NCBI RefSeq assembly: GCF_004010195.1
Contig: NC_057752.1
Coordinates: 7,285,785 to 7,349,784, forward strand
Direction: 5' to 3'
Source of the DNA: Chiloscyllium plagiosum
Lineage: Eukaryota
DNA length: 64,000 bases
Shown here: one piece after another, positions 13,385-24,720 of the stretch
How positions within the stretch are numbered: the first letter of the stretch is position 1
How the letters are laid out: each line of letters opens with the position of its first letter
Translations under genes and position numbers: made by a program
The notes under the pieces: generated by a model
What the model was told of the DNA's origin: nothing
Databases searched by the model: none
What the model saw: only the letters and a program-made list of their open reading frames with translations

Positions 13385-16300
13385 GGTAGTGGTAAGGAAA
13401 AGCCAGGGAACTATAGACTGATGAGCCAGACATCGGTGGTGAACAAGTTTTGGAGAGAATTCCGAGCGACAGGATTTACATCTATTTGGGAAAGCAAGGA
13501 TTGATTAGGGATAGTCAATGTGGCTGTGTGAGAGTGGGAAATTGTGTCTCACTAACTTGATCAAAAAACTCGGAGTAACAAAGAGGAATGTTTTGGGCAG
13601 AGTGGTGGACATGATCTACACAGACTTGGATGGGATGGGTGGAAGGGTCTATTTCCGTGCTGTACACGTCTATGACTCTAGAATAACTGGTATTTCCTTT
13701 GTTTTCACAACTGAAGTGACGCGAAAAACAGAATAAAGACTTGCATTTTATAGCACTATTCATGATCACCAGACAAGTCAAAGTGATTTACAGACAAAAA
13801 AATACATAGAGTCATAAATTGTCGCAACATGGAAAAAGGCCCTTTGGCTCATCATATCGACACCAGTCATCAAGTACATGTCTACTCTAGTCCCATTTTC
13901 CTCACTTGGTCTGTAGCTTTGTACACTATGGTGCTTCAAGTGTTTATCTAAATACTTCTAAAATGCTACGATGGCTCCTGCCTCTGCCACCCATTCAGAC
14001 AGCCAGTCCCAAATACCTATCACCACAAAATAAAATTCTCAAATCCCGTCTAAATCTTCTGTCCTTTACCTTAAATCTATGCCTCTGGTTTGTGATCTCT
14101 CTACAAAATGGGAAATGTTTCACTCTGTCTATCCTATTTACGCCCTTTGTAATTTGAAAGACCTCTAGTCTCTTTTCAGAGCTGAAATGCTCCAGCCCAA
14201 TCAACATCCCATTGATTATCTTCTGCACCCTCTCTATTGCCATAAATGCTGTGGCCCAACATTTTATAAAGCTCAATCACAACCTCCCTGCTCTCATATT
14301 CAACACTTTGACTAACAAAGGCTGCACAGTGGCTCAGTGATTAGCATTGCTGCCTCGCAGCGCCAGGGATCCGGGTTCAATTCTACCCTCAGGCAACTGT
14401 CTGTGTTGAGCTTGCGCATTCTTTCCGCGTCTGCGCGGGTTTCCGCCGAGTGCTCCTGTATCCTCCCAGAGGCCAAAGATGTGCAGGCTAGATGGATTCC
14501 CCATAGTGTTCAGGGATGTATAGGTTAGGGGCATTAACCACTGGAAATGTCGGGTTGCAGGGAAAGGATAGGGAGATGGTTCTGGATGGGATGCTCTTCA
14601 GCGAGTCAGTGTGGACTTTGAGTCATAGAGATGTACAGCACGGAAGTAGAGCCTTCAGTCCAATTCATCCATGCTAACCAGATATCCCAACCTAATCTAG
14701 TCCCATTTTCCAGCACTTGACCCATACCCCTCTAAACCCTTCCTATTCATACACCCATCCAGATGCCTTTTCAATACTGTATTTCTGCCTATTCCCACAC
14801 AGTAGTGATTCTGTGAAGTATCCTATATGCCTTCTTAACCACATTATCCACCTGTTCTATTGCCTTCAGGATCTGTGGACATGTACAGTTCGGTCTGTCT
14901 GCTCCTCTGTACTTCTTAGGATCCTACCATTTGTATATCCCCTTAGCTCATTAGTCTTGCTAAAATGCATCACCTCACGCTTTACACAATTAAATTCCAT
15001 TTGTCATTGTTCTACCCATCTAAATAAAAAAACCAAAGGCAAAAAAAGGAGTTGGACCCCTCAAGCCTGCCCCACCATTCAAGGTTATGATTGGTCCGCC
15101 TCAGGCCTCAACTTCAGTTTCATGCTAGCTCAGCATTGCTGTCAACATGATATTTAAAAAAAAAACCTACCCTCTTCTTTGAATACTTTCCATGATCTAG
15201 CCTCCACAATTCTCTGGGGTAGAGAATTCCAGACATTCATTACCCTTCAGGAGAAGAAATTCCATTGCATCTCAGGTTTAAATGAGTGCTGCTTTATTCT
15301 GTAACCATGTTCCCAGTTCAAGATTTTCCGCCACGAGTTGAAACATCTTGTTAACGTGTACACCAAAGTCCCTCAGAAACTTGTAAATTTTTACAAAATC
15401 ACCCCTCATTTTTCTAAACTCTAAATGAAAAACAAATCTAATCTGTTTAGCTATTAATAATTCATCCTGTTCATCCCAGGAATCAACCTAGTGAATCTCG
15501 TTTGAATAATCTCCAATGCCAATATATCCCTTCTTAAATACAGGGACCAAAACTGCACACAGTACAGGTGCTGCCTCACCAACACCCTGTACAGTGGTAA
15601 CATGATTTCCCAGATTTTAATCTCTAACCTCCTAGCAATAAAGGCCAAAATTCTAATTACATACTACACCTACATATTACTTTGTGTTTCATGCACAAGA
15701 ACACCCAGATCCCTCTGCATTGGACATTATTTGGAGTCTCCTCCCACTTAAGCCAAACTATTGTTTTTGATTCATTCTATTGAAGTGCATGATCTCTCAC
15801 TTTCCAACATTAAACTCCAGCTGCCAAGTTTTGCCCACTCATCCATATCCCCTGCAGATTCCTTAAGTTGCCACAATAACATGCCCTCCCACATATTTTT
15901 ATATCACCAAATTTGCAAACATTACACTCTGCTCTCCTTAATATCATTATAATAGAGGCCCTAAGACTGATCCTTGAAGCACTACACATATTATGCTGTA
16001 GTCTAAGGCTTTCCACTTTGCTATTTAACACACCACCAATTTTCACATCTGCAAATTTCCTGAGCAAGCTTCCTACATTCACATCTAGATCACGAACATA
16101 CAGCAAAAAAGCAAGGGACCCAGCACTGAACCCTGCAGTACACCACTGGACATGTATTCCAGTCATAAAAACAACCTTCAACTATCAGACAATTTTGCAT
16201 ACAATTTCTTGAGCCCCATGGGCTCTTACTTTCCCGATCAGTCTCCCATGCAAGACCTTGTCAAAAGCTTCACTGAAGTCCAAATAGACTGCATCCAGTG

Positions 16301-16590
16301 CGATAACCTCACCCACACATCTGGTCACCCCTTTGAAAACTCATCAGATATGAAATTGCTGAAGAAACTGAGCTGGTCTTTAGCATCTGTGGAAAGAAAA
16401 CAGTTGAGGAAGGGTCAGTGAATGCAAAACTTTTTTCTCTACAGTTGCTGCCAGACCTGATGGGTTTTCCCAGCAACCTCTGTTTTTGTTTGTTTCAGAT
16501 GTCCAGCAACCACAGATCTTTGTTTTACCAGGAATGATCTCCCCCCGACAAATCCATGCTGACTATCCCGGATTAATGCTTGCCTAAGAG
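13385..16590. mobile_element. Cluster of nested CR1 LINE fragments (mostly minus strand)
   Basis: KEKPGNYRLMSQTSVV (+); minus-strand LYRVLVRQHLYCVQFWSLYLRRDILALEIIQTRFTRLIPG and RKFADVKIGG; several CR1 tails (gagtcatagagatgtacagcacgg); a PLE foldback piece at about 16350-16525. Confidence 0.8.
14320..14618 (+). mobile_element. HE1/V-SINE family tRNA-derived SINE
   Basis: gtggctcagtgattagcattgctgcctcgcagcgccagggatccgggttcaattc (A/B boxes) followed by a V-domain-like tgtctgtgttgagcttgcgcattct...ccaaagatgtgcagg. Confidence 0.85.
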
Positions 16591-16594
16591 CCCA

Positions 16595-16910
16595 ACATAT
16601 TAGTGCAAAAGAGAAGGATGAAGCATTTACAGCAATCTTCAGCGAGAAAAATGGTGCTTGAATGATCCATTGCGGTCTTCTCCAATGGTCCCAAGCAATA
16701 CAGATACCAGTCTTCAGTCAATTTGATGCACTCTATGTGATATCAAGAAATGGTTGGAGGCACTGGATACCGCAAAAGTTATGGACCCTGACAACATTCT
16801 GGCAATGCTGCTGAAGACTTGTGCTCCAGAACTTGCTGTTCCCCTAGCCATCTATTCTAGTACAGTTACAAGACTGGCATCCACCCAATAATGTGTAAAA
16901 TTGTCCAGGG
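16595..16910 (+). mobile_element. Non-LTR (CR1-group) LINE fragment, pre-RT region
   Basis: Translates to DIKKWLEALDTAKVMDPDNILAMLLKTCAPELAVPLA; an endonuclease piece probably of the same family lies at about 26430-26720 (REPTRGKNILDFNLTNLP). Confidence 0.7.
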
Positions 16911-17040
16911 CATTGTATGTCAATGCCAGATGTCACTTGGGAACATAGTGTGCCAACGTCTTCGAGGATGATAGCTGTTTCTCCACTTCCCTGAAAGCGA
17001 CATCTTGGCTATGCAACCATTTCCAAGGCTGACTCTGTTT

Positions 17041-18306
17041 TATGATTTGGACATGCTAGCGTTGGACTGGGGTGTACAATGTTAAATATCATAACACCAG
17101 GTTTTGGTCCAACAGGTTTATTTGGAAGCAGTAGCTTTGGGAACGCTGCTCCTTCAGGTGATTGTGGAGTATAAAATTGTAAGACACAGAATTTACTGCA
17201 AAAGTTTACAGTGTGACGTAACTGAAATTATACATTGAAAAACACCTAGATTGCTTGTTAAGCCTCTCATCTTTTAGAATGAATATGTTGGTTTCAGTTC
17301 TTTCATATGCAAATCGCAGAACTTTTTTAAAGTTGCATTCTTCAAGTGAACTTTAACAATTGGTGTCACGTCAGCCCAGATAATGCATTTAAGGTGTGAG
17401 GTGTCCTGTGTGCCACAATGTTCAGACTGATTCTAATCTAAAAAACAGATTTACAGAATCTTACGTGGATTCATGGAGTTTTTGAGCAAAATAAAATGCA
17501 ATGCTGCAAGTACAAATTCACCCCACAAACTTATATGTGTGTGTGTGTGTGTGTGTTATGAGTGTCTGTGAGACAGTGTGTGTATGCATGAGTGAGTGTG
17601 TAAAGGCTCTAGTTGTGAGAGAGTACGTGTGTCCGTGTATGTGTGAGTATATGAGAGAGAGCTTTTGTATGAGAGAGGGTGCACGTCTGTCGGAGCGTGT
17701 GCGTGCGCATCTGTCGGAGTCTGTGCGTAGTGCAGTGGGGTCACCTGTAGTGTGACATGAACCCAAGGTCCCGGTTGAGGCCATCCCCATGGGTACCAAA
17801 CTTGGCTATCATCCTCTGCTCAGCCACTTTTTATTGTTGCCTGTCCCAAAGTCCGCTTTGGAGGATGGTCACCCGAAGGTTTGAGGTCGAACATCCCAGA
17901 TCGCTGAAGTGTTCTTCAACTGGGAGGGAACATTCCTGTCTGTTGATTGTTGTGCAGTGTCAACTCATCCTTAGCCTCTGCTTGGTCTCGCCAATGTACC
18001 ATGTCTCAGGGCATCCTTGCCTGCAGCGTATGAGACAGATAACGTTGGCTGAGTCACACAAGTACCTGCCACATATATGGTGAGAGGTGTCCCCACGCGT
18101 AATGGTGGTATCAGTGTTGACACTCTGACCCGTCTTGCAGCGTCTACCACGACACGGTTGCATGATGTTGTCCTGAAAGCCAGGCAGTTTGCTACGAACA
18201 ATGATCTGTTTGAGGTTTGGTGGTTATTTAAAGGCAAGTAGTGGAGGCATGGGGAAGGTCTTGGCGAGGTGCTCATCCGCATTGATAATGTGTTGCAGGC
18301 TGCGAA
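17041..18306 (-). mobile_element. Penelope-like element (GIY-YIG endonuclease end plus terminal region with GT-rich tract)
   Basis: CDSANVICLIRCRQGCPETWYIGETKQRLR is a GIY-YIG motif; TSD gactctgttt (17031-17040) / gaccctgttt (18307-18316); related terminus at 62888-63652. Confidence 0.85.
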
Positions 18307-18359
18307 GACCCTGTTTAAAGAGTTGATGCAAAGATGCCGGGATAGAAGCCAGGTTATGT

Positions 18360-19170
18360 TCAGGTTGTAAGTTTGGGTTTGTTGTTTAGGAATCGGCAGA
18401 CTGTGGTATTGGGTACCTGTTCTTCTTGAATATGCTGTATAGGTATTTTTCTTCTGCTGCTTGTAGTTCCTGGTGCTGCAGTGGCCAATTTAAATAATGT
18501 CCAAACAAGCAGACACAAATCACCCAGAAACTCTAGCCATATTATCATCCAAAGACATCTCTGAAATGACTCTCAGACTACTCTGACCCCTTGACATCAT
18601 GTCAGCCCACAAACCTACAACACACTTAAAACAGTGGCTGATGAACCTAAAAGACCCTATACTGACAACCAGCAAAACGAATGTCACTTACTAAATACCA
18701 TGCAAGGACTGTAACAAACATTACATCAGACAGACTACAGGCAGAAAACTAGCCACTAGGATACACGAACACTAACTAGTCACCAAAAGATATGACCCAG
18801 TATCACTAGTATCCTTACATACAGACAAAGGACACCACTTTGACTGGGGCAACAGATCCATTCTTGGACAGGCTAAACACACACAGGAATTCCGAGAGGC
18901 CTGGCATTCAAACCGGAACTCTGTTAGTAAACACATTGATTTGGACTCCATTTACCAACCTCAGAAAAAGAACTGGAAATGATATCACCCACCTTAAGAG
19001 ACTAAGACACAAAAATGGAAAGCGGGACATAACACCAGTGCTTCACCAGAGGCTCACTGATGATGTTATCTAGTATGCTGACGAAAAGTCTGAAAACAAA
19101 CTAGCCTGCTCTGCGAGCAAACGTACAATCTGTACCTCAACCTGAGTTACAAATCTTCTCAAAAATCACA
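18360..19170 (+). mobile_element. Second Penelope-like element family (Poseidon-type), 5'-truncated with 5' inversion; hammerhead core at 19054-19093
   Basis: Plus-strand LKQWLMNLKDPILTTSKTNVTY*IPCKDCNKHYIRQT..RKLATRIHEH (GIY-YIG); 18360-18500 is the upstream segment inverted; TSD aagccaggttatgt (18346-18359) / aagccaggttacgt (19171-19184). Confidence 0.85.
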
Positions 19171-19901
19171 AAGCCAGGTTACGTATTACCTTCTGTAATA
19201 ATTTACCAGCCCAAGGAAGGTCCTAAGCTCTGGTGCAGACATGGGAGCCAGGGCACTTTTGATCGCAAGCAAAGTCATCTCCGACACTGTAGCACTCCCT
19301 CGCCCTGCACTAGAGTGTAAGCATAGATTTTTTATGCCACAACCTCTGGACTGGGAATTGAATCCAGACGGCTGGAGTGCTACACACTGAACAAAAGTTA
19401 ATATTCTGCTCTGAACACCAGGCAGAAAAAAAGTCCTTTTTTCCACTACAAGCATTATTGCAGCCTATTTTTGGGTTATTAGAATTCATTATAATTCTAA
19501 CATATTGCACATTCTGGTTGGCACAAATATGGTGGACCAAAGGGCATATTCCTGTGCTGTACTATTCAATGTTCCAACTTCCAAATGATTTCAAATTTCA
19601 TCCTTATTTGCCACTGTCTGTAATGTATTCCCACTTCCACTCCTCTGTCCCTTCCAAGCTTATGAAGTTGTAGAATCAGTTTCTAGAATTCACTAAATAA
19701 TCCTATTACAAAGAAGCCGTTTTTATCGTACTAAAACCCTGTGACATTCAATAGACTATTTGAAAAAAGTAATTATAAATTAATCTTTAAAATCAAGAGA
19801 CAAACCTATTGCAAAATGAAGGTGCGTTTAGTTTGGGGCGTTCAGGTCACAGAAAAGCAAACTAATACACAATAAATGCACCGTTATTGATTTTCACTCA
19901 C

Positions 19902-19926
19902 CCTTTTGATTTTGCTTTTTAGCCAT
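19902..19926 (-). CDS. SPATS2: First coding segment of SPATS2 (MAKKQNQK + G), followed by a long intron running off the left edge
   Basis: GGAGATGGCTAAAAAGCAAAATCAAAAGG|GTGAGT: Kozak-like ATG, 25 nt, phase-1 donor. Resembles the human SPATS2 N-terminus MSRKQNQKD, and human SPATS2 lies immediately downstream of DNAJC22 on the same strand. Candidate acceptor atttatag|TG puts the exon start at 20076. Only 8 codons are visible. Confidence 0.7.
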
Positions 19927-20149
19927 CTCCGTTTTCTTTTTTTAAAAAAAAGTTTGCTACTGAGTTCGACTTGATAAACTGAACTCGGTAATCAACGTCT
20001 TCCCTCCTCCAAGCAGATACACTTTGCGTTAAAGATCCTCACCATTCAGCAGTCTCTGGGACTTCTCTTGCAATCACTATAAATCGATAACAATGAATCA
20101 GATTAATTTTGTTCTATATAGTGCAGACTGTCAGAAATCTTAAAGAATA

Positions 20150-20950
20150 AGTGATCGCTTCCCCCGTCTTCCGTTTCCTTGCTAAGACGTCAAAATTTAC
20201 GAAGTCAGAGACGCAAGTACCTTTCAAAGAAAAATCAGGACTTATGAATGTAATTACGGAAAACGGCGTATTCGTCAGTGGATGGAAGGAGAAGCGCAAG
20301 AGTTTCTCTATCACAAAGCCTTTCTTTGTGGGGACGATTCTGCAGAGGGGCCCAGTGATCAGTTAGCTCTTTGGGTCTTTTTGTCTCAGAATTCCCTCCC
20401 AACGCAACAAATAAACCTTGCAGTCAGTGACCAGGTTTCCCTCCTTTGCCTGCAGTTGCTTGTTTTTATTTTTTCAAACTGGAGCGATCCAATAATAAAT
20501 CCTTTGTCCTCTCTTTCTCTCAATCCCCTCTCTTAATTAAAACAGCCAGGTGGTCAGCCTGATCTCAACAGGACTGGTCTTGCAATCTCAGAGAAGCTAA
20601 GCAACCCGAGATTTCCTGTGAAATTCGTCTCGCAATTCTCCCTCCCACATCTTCCCCCACCTGGTGACTTTCCAATACTTTAGACTAAAGAAGCAGTATT
20701 AAAGAGTTATTTTAATAAGGACTCTAAAGATAGGTCAGAGGTGAACCTCCTTCAGGAAAAACGACCACAATAGCATTTCTCGAACTGAGACCGCAACAAA
20801 ACTCTGAACAACTCAGCGCCGCCGCTCACTCCCAACACGTCACTTCCGGCCGGGCAGACGACTCACTGGCGGAAAAACTCGAACAATTCCGAAAGCAACT
20901 CGGCAACTGAGAAGACCGAGCGAATTAAAGGTGCCGAAACAAAAAATAGT
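20150..20950 (-). promoter_or_regulatory. CpG-enriched promoter/5' region of SPATS2 with ETS-CRE composite motif (20837-20849)
   Basis: Local excess of CpG in an otherwise CpG-poor window; minus strand CCGGAAGTGACGT; minus-strand donor-like GTGAGT at 20861-20866 and GTGAGC at 20824-20829. Confidence 0.7.
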
Positions 20951-21440
20951 GGAGGCGAAATGAATTGAATGTAACTCAATCTTGAATTATTTAATTGACA
21001 AGTTACTTTAGCTTGTATTAACGATTGTAAAGTATTAATGAGTAACATAGACAGTCTTCATTACAGAACAAAGTAACACCACGAATTGCCCAAAGGATCT
21101 GGAAAGTTCCAGAATGTTCAGTTGTGCTAATTGTTTCGCAAAAGTCTGTAGTCAAGATCAGATTAACGTTGCAGGTGAAGTTCTTAGACTTTTTAAGGAT
21201 TTAAAAAAAATAAATGCACTTATTGAAAACGTACTGATTATTAAAGATCGCTTTCGTCCTCAAGAGTGGCCAGTCAAAAAGTGTGATCCTGGTAAAGCAC
21301 AGCCAGTCAGGCAACATCCGATGAGCAGGAGAGTCGACCTTTCAATCATAAATTCTTCATCGCATTCCTGATCTGCTGTGCTTTTCCAGCACCAATACTT
21401 ACTTTCTCCTCAGGAGTAGGCAGCTAATTCTGCCGAAGAG

Positions 21441-21457
21441 CAGCGCCACCTGCTGCG
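21441..21457 (-). promoter_or_regulatory. Candidate CTCF site
   Basis: Minus strand GCAGCAGGTGGCGCTG is a close match to the CTCF core CCASYAGRKGGCRS, in unique CpG-containing sequence. Confidence 0.55.
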
Positions 21458-22008
21458 GTTTAGTACAGATTAAGCCACATTTTCCAAGTTGTCGAGCTCA
21501 GTTCAAATCGGCCAAAAGTACTTTTTTTACTCCGTTCGTTGCTGAAACGAATTTCCCCTGCATCGAGTATTGGTCAATTTACACCCGCTTTTAGAAGGGT
21601 TTCTCGTCGGCAGTGTTTCTAAATGATTAGACCCCTTCCGGAATACTGAATCAGTTCTGGGTACTTCATGGAGAATACATTAGCCAGAGTAGGGTTGCAG
21701 CACAGATTTACCAGAATGATACCAAGATTTAAATTTGAAGGGAGATCGTTTAATCTTTCTTTGTTTTTTACTTGAGTGTGGAAGACTGAGAATTGATCTA
21801 ATCGAAGTGTTTAAATTGATAAAATAGTTCAGTAGGGTAGATAAAGAAAATATTTCCTTTGGTTGGAAATCCAGATCAGGAGGGCATAATCTTAAAATTG
21901 GAGCCAGCCCATGCAGGGATGTTATCAGGAACTACTCTTCACACAAAAAGAAATCTGGACCTCTCCCCTAAAGATTTTGAATGTTAGGTGAATTGACTGT
22001 TCAAGACT

Positions 22009-22244
22009 AAATAAAAACCAAAAGAACTGCAGATGCTGTAAATCAGAAACAAAAACAGAAGTTCCTGGAAAAGCTTAGCAGGTCTCAGCATCTGTGCAGA
22101 GAAATCAGAGTTAATGTGTTAGATCTGGTGACCCTTCTTCAGTCAGTTCTGAGTAAGGGTCACCAGACCTGAAAAGTTAACTGATTTCTCTGCACAGATG
22201 CGACTAGATCTGCTGAGCTTTTCCAGCAACTTCTGTTTTTGTTT
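22009..22244. mobile_element. Foldback Penelope-like terminal element with 16-bp TSD, inserted in a CR1 3' fragment (about 21650-22008)
   Basis: ttgactgttcaagact at 21993-22008 and 22245-22260; two inverted arms centred near 22143, each with a degenerate hammerhead core. Confidence 0.8.
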
Positions 22245-22564
22245 TTGACTGTTCAAGACTCCTATTGGATGTATTCAAATTTTTGTATTATCCCATTCTA
22301 TCTTTAGATATTAGGGTAATCTGTTATTAACAATCTTATTACTGTAGGTCTCCCATAATTAACTTGATTTCCTTCTCATTATAACGTTCTTCCAATATGA
22401 TAATTAGATTCCTTATTATTTCTCAACTGAACACAGGCAGGTTGTCTTTCATCATACAAATTCTTATTAAGAGTGCATTATGTAACTGCAAGTTATTCCT
22501 TTCCTTTCTTAATGTCTCCCCTTGTGCTGTCAGAGAAATTTCTCTCTTGAGCTTGCTAGATTAA

Positions 22565-22700
22565 ATGCACCCGCTCTCTCGCCCCTTCTCTTGCCGCTCT
22601 CTCTTGCCACCCCTGTCTCACTCCCCTTTCCTGCCCCCATCTCTCACTACCCTCTCTCGACCCTTACTTGCACCCTCTCTCTCTCTCTCCCCCTCTCTCG
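22565..22700 (+). repeat. CT-rich low-complexity tract
   Basis: ctctct/cccct runs. Confidence 0.8.
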
Positions 22701-23269
22701 CACAGCTCTATTTTTGGTGCCAAAACTACTGCTTGAGCCTATATTCGCCAGTTGCTTTGATTAACTTTCTTGTTAACTTATTGCACAACTCTATTACATT
22801 CTGCATAACAAAGTCCTAACCTTTACCTTGACAATAATCATTTTGCTTAGAGTACACACCTTTAACATTATAAGCATTTTAAAAAACTTCATAAAATTCT
22901 GACTGACCTTTGCCATTTGTGACATTTTCCATTTTTATTCCTGTGGAACTGTACCTCGTCCAAAGGCAACATTAGAGAGAATATTGGTGAAGAAAATAAA
23001 ACTGCAGTTCCTTCTTTGGGAAGTTCTCTGCAACTTATATATAGGACAAGATCCAAATGACTTGAGTCAAGTGTGCATACAACATAGTGTCGTATCCATT
23101 TTGACTGACTTGTAAACAATATGATAAACAAGCACAGAAAATAGGGAGCAGGACTGGACCATATGGCCTGTTAAGCCTGCCCTGTCATTCAGTATGTTCA
23201 TGGCTGGTCTTGGACATCAACTACACTCTGCTGATGTATCCCTTAATCTATCCCAACCTTAAAAAACCT

Positions 23270-23830
23270 TAAAACAAAAACAGAAGTTGTAGGAATAGCT
23301 CAGCAGGTCTGACAGCATCTGTAAAGAGAAATCAAAGTTACCGTTTCAAGTCCGGTGACCCTTCCTCAGAACTGATGGTAGTGAGGAAAATGTTGGTTTT
23401 TATGCCTAAAAAACCTAAGCAGTCTTAGTTAATCAACTCTGATTTTTAGAGATGAGGCTCTAGTTATTTGCTTTTCAATTAATTAAAAGTTTTGTAGATT
23501 TTCAATGAATAGTGGTACTGCTGTATTATGGTCTCTGTTAGTAGTCTCACAAAGTGACATTGGACAGTTAAGGCTTAATGAGCAAAAATTATAATGGTAC
23601 ATGTATCATATATAACATTTGTTAAGTTGTTTTTTTATGTGATGTAGTGTTTAGTGAATATGTCAGTATCTGATGTCAATATGAATTTTAATTTACAGTA
23701 CTACCATTCCAGTACTTCATTCCTGAAGAAGGGCTTAAGCCCGAAATGTCGATTCTCCTGTTCCTTGGATGCTGCCTGACCTGCTGTGCTTTTCTAGCAA
23801 CACATTTTCAGCTCTGATCTCCAGCATCTG
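23270..23830. mobile_element. Two Penelope-like terminal fragments (about 23270-23404 minus; about 23716-23827 plus with hammerhead core 23723-23750)
   Basis: Minus strand CTGAGGA-A-GGGTC-ACCG-GACTT-GAAA-CGGT-AACT; plus strand CTGAAGA-A-GGGC-TTAA-GCCC-GAAA-TGTC. Confidence 0.7.
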
Positions 23831-24720
23831 CAGCCCTCACTTTCTCTTATAGACATTTAGGTCCCATGTTACAGTGCTGTTTATTATCCTCACACCACAG
23901 CTATTCTGCCTGTATCTGCACTGTTCAGGATTTGGTCACACAAGCATACAAATACATCAACAAAGTCTTCAAGCTATGTAATTTGAAAATAATTAATTAA
24001 TCAATATTTGTCTGTGAATTAAGGGCAGTGATTTGGTTTCAATGTTCTGCTGATACTCATGAACCATTCAAGCACTTTTGTCAATTTTTTTCTTTAAATT
24101 GTTTTTATATCCAGAAGTATTTTCATACAATACTGAATGCTTTTTTTTCACCACCATCACCTGTGTTACTTTTCAACATGATCCACCACAAATAAATCAT
24201 GTGTTTCTAATGAATCAGTTTACCTGAAAAGTCCACCAGGGGCAGTTTGTCAAAGTTTATGACATAACCAAGATCGTTTGACTTAATTATTGGAGCTGGG
24301 CTGTAGATTTGATAATCCCCTTTCATCTCTGGGACCTTGTTTCAAATCTATTTCAGACCATGGAATTAGTCTCTTTATTTATTAGCTATATACATTCAAT
24401 GGGAAATGTGTCTGTGTGATCTCAACCCAATATATAATTGTTGCATTCACTGAACTAATCACTACTATGATAATCACAACTATTTTTTCTTTTTTTAAGT
24501 CATGGTTTGGCCAGACCAGCATTTATTGCCAATCCCTAATTATCCTCAAGAAGGTGATAAGACTATAAGATATAGGTCCAGAAGTAGGTCATTCAGTCTA
24601 TCGATTCTACATCATTCAATAAGACTGTGACTGACCTGATAATCTTCAATGCACTTTCCTGCACTCTACTCATAAACGTCAACTCCCTTATTGATTAAAA
24701 ACCTGTCTATCTCAGCCTTG

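Larger units (their letters stand above)
16905..19290 (-). mobile_element. Ty3/Gypsy pol relic (RT thumb to RNase H linker) split into three pieces: 19171-19290, 18307-18359 and 16905-17040
   Basis: After removing two insertions the minus strand reads ELRTFLGLVNYYRR..RNLASIPASLHQLFKQGQPWKWLHSQDVAFREVEKQLSSSKTLAHYVPK, a typical Gypsy RT/RH connection. Confidence 0.8.

Noticed and set aside
17501..17799. CV/HT-rich ORFs (also 63285-63581 and 22522-22819)
   Set aside because: Translations of GT/CA or CT microsatellite tracts
1..19900. Further SPATS2 coding exons
   Set aside because: I could not find a DSSGFIFD/KEKINAVR-like exon by eye; it is probably beyond the left edge, though a diverged short exon could have been missed
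24233..24246. CTCF-like CCACCAGGGGCAGT
   Set aside because: One G short of the core spacing, in AT-rich sequence with no other support
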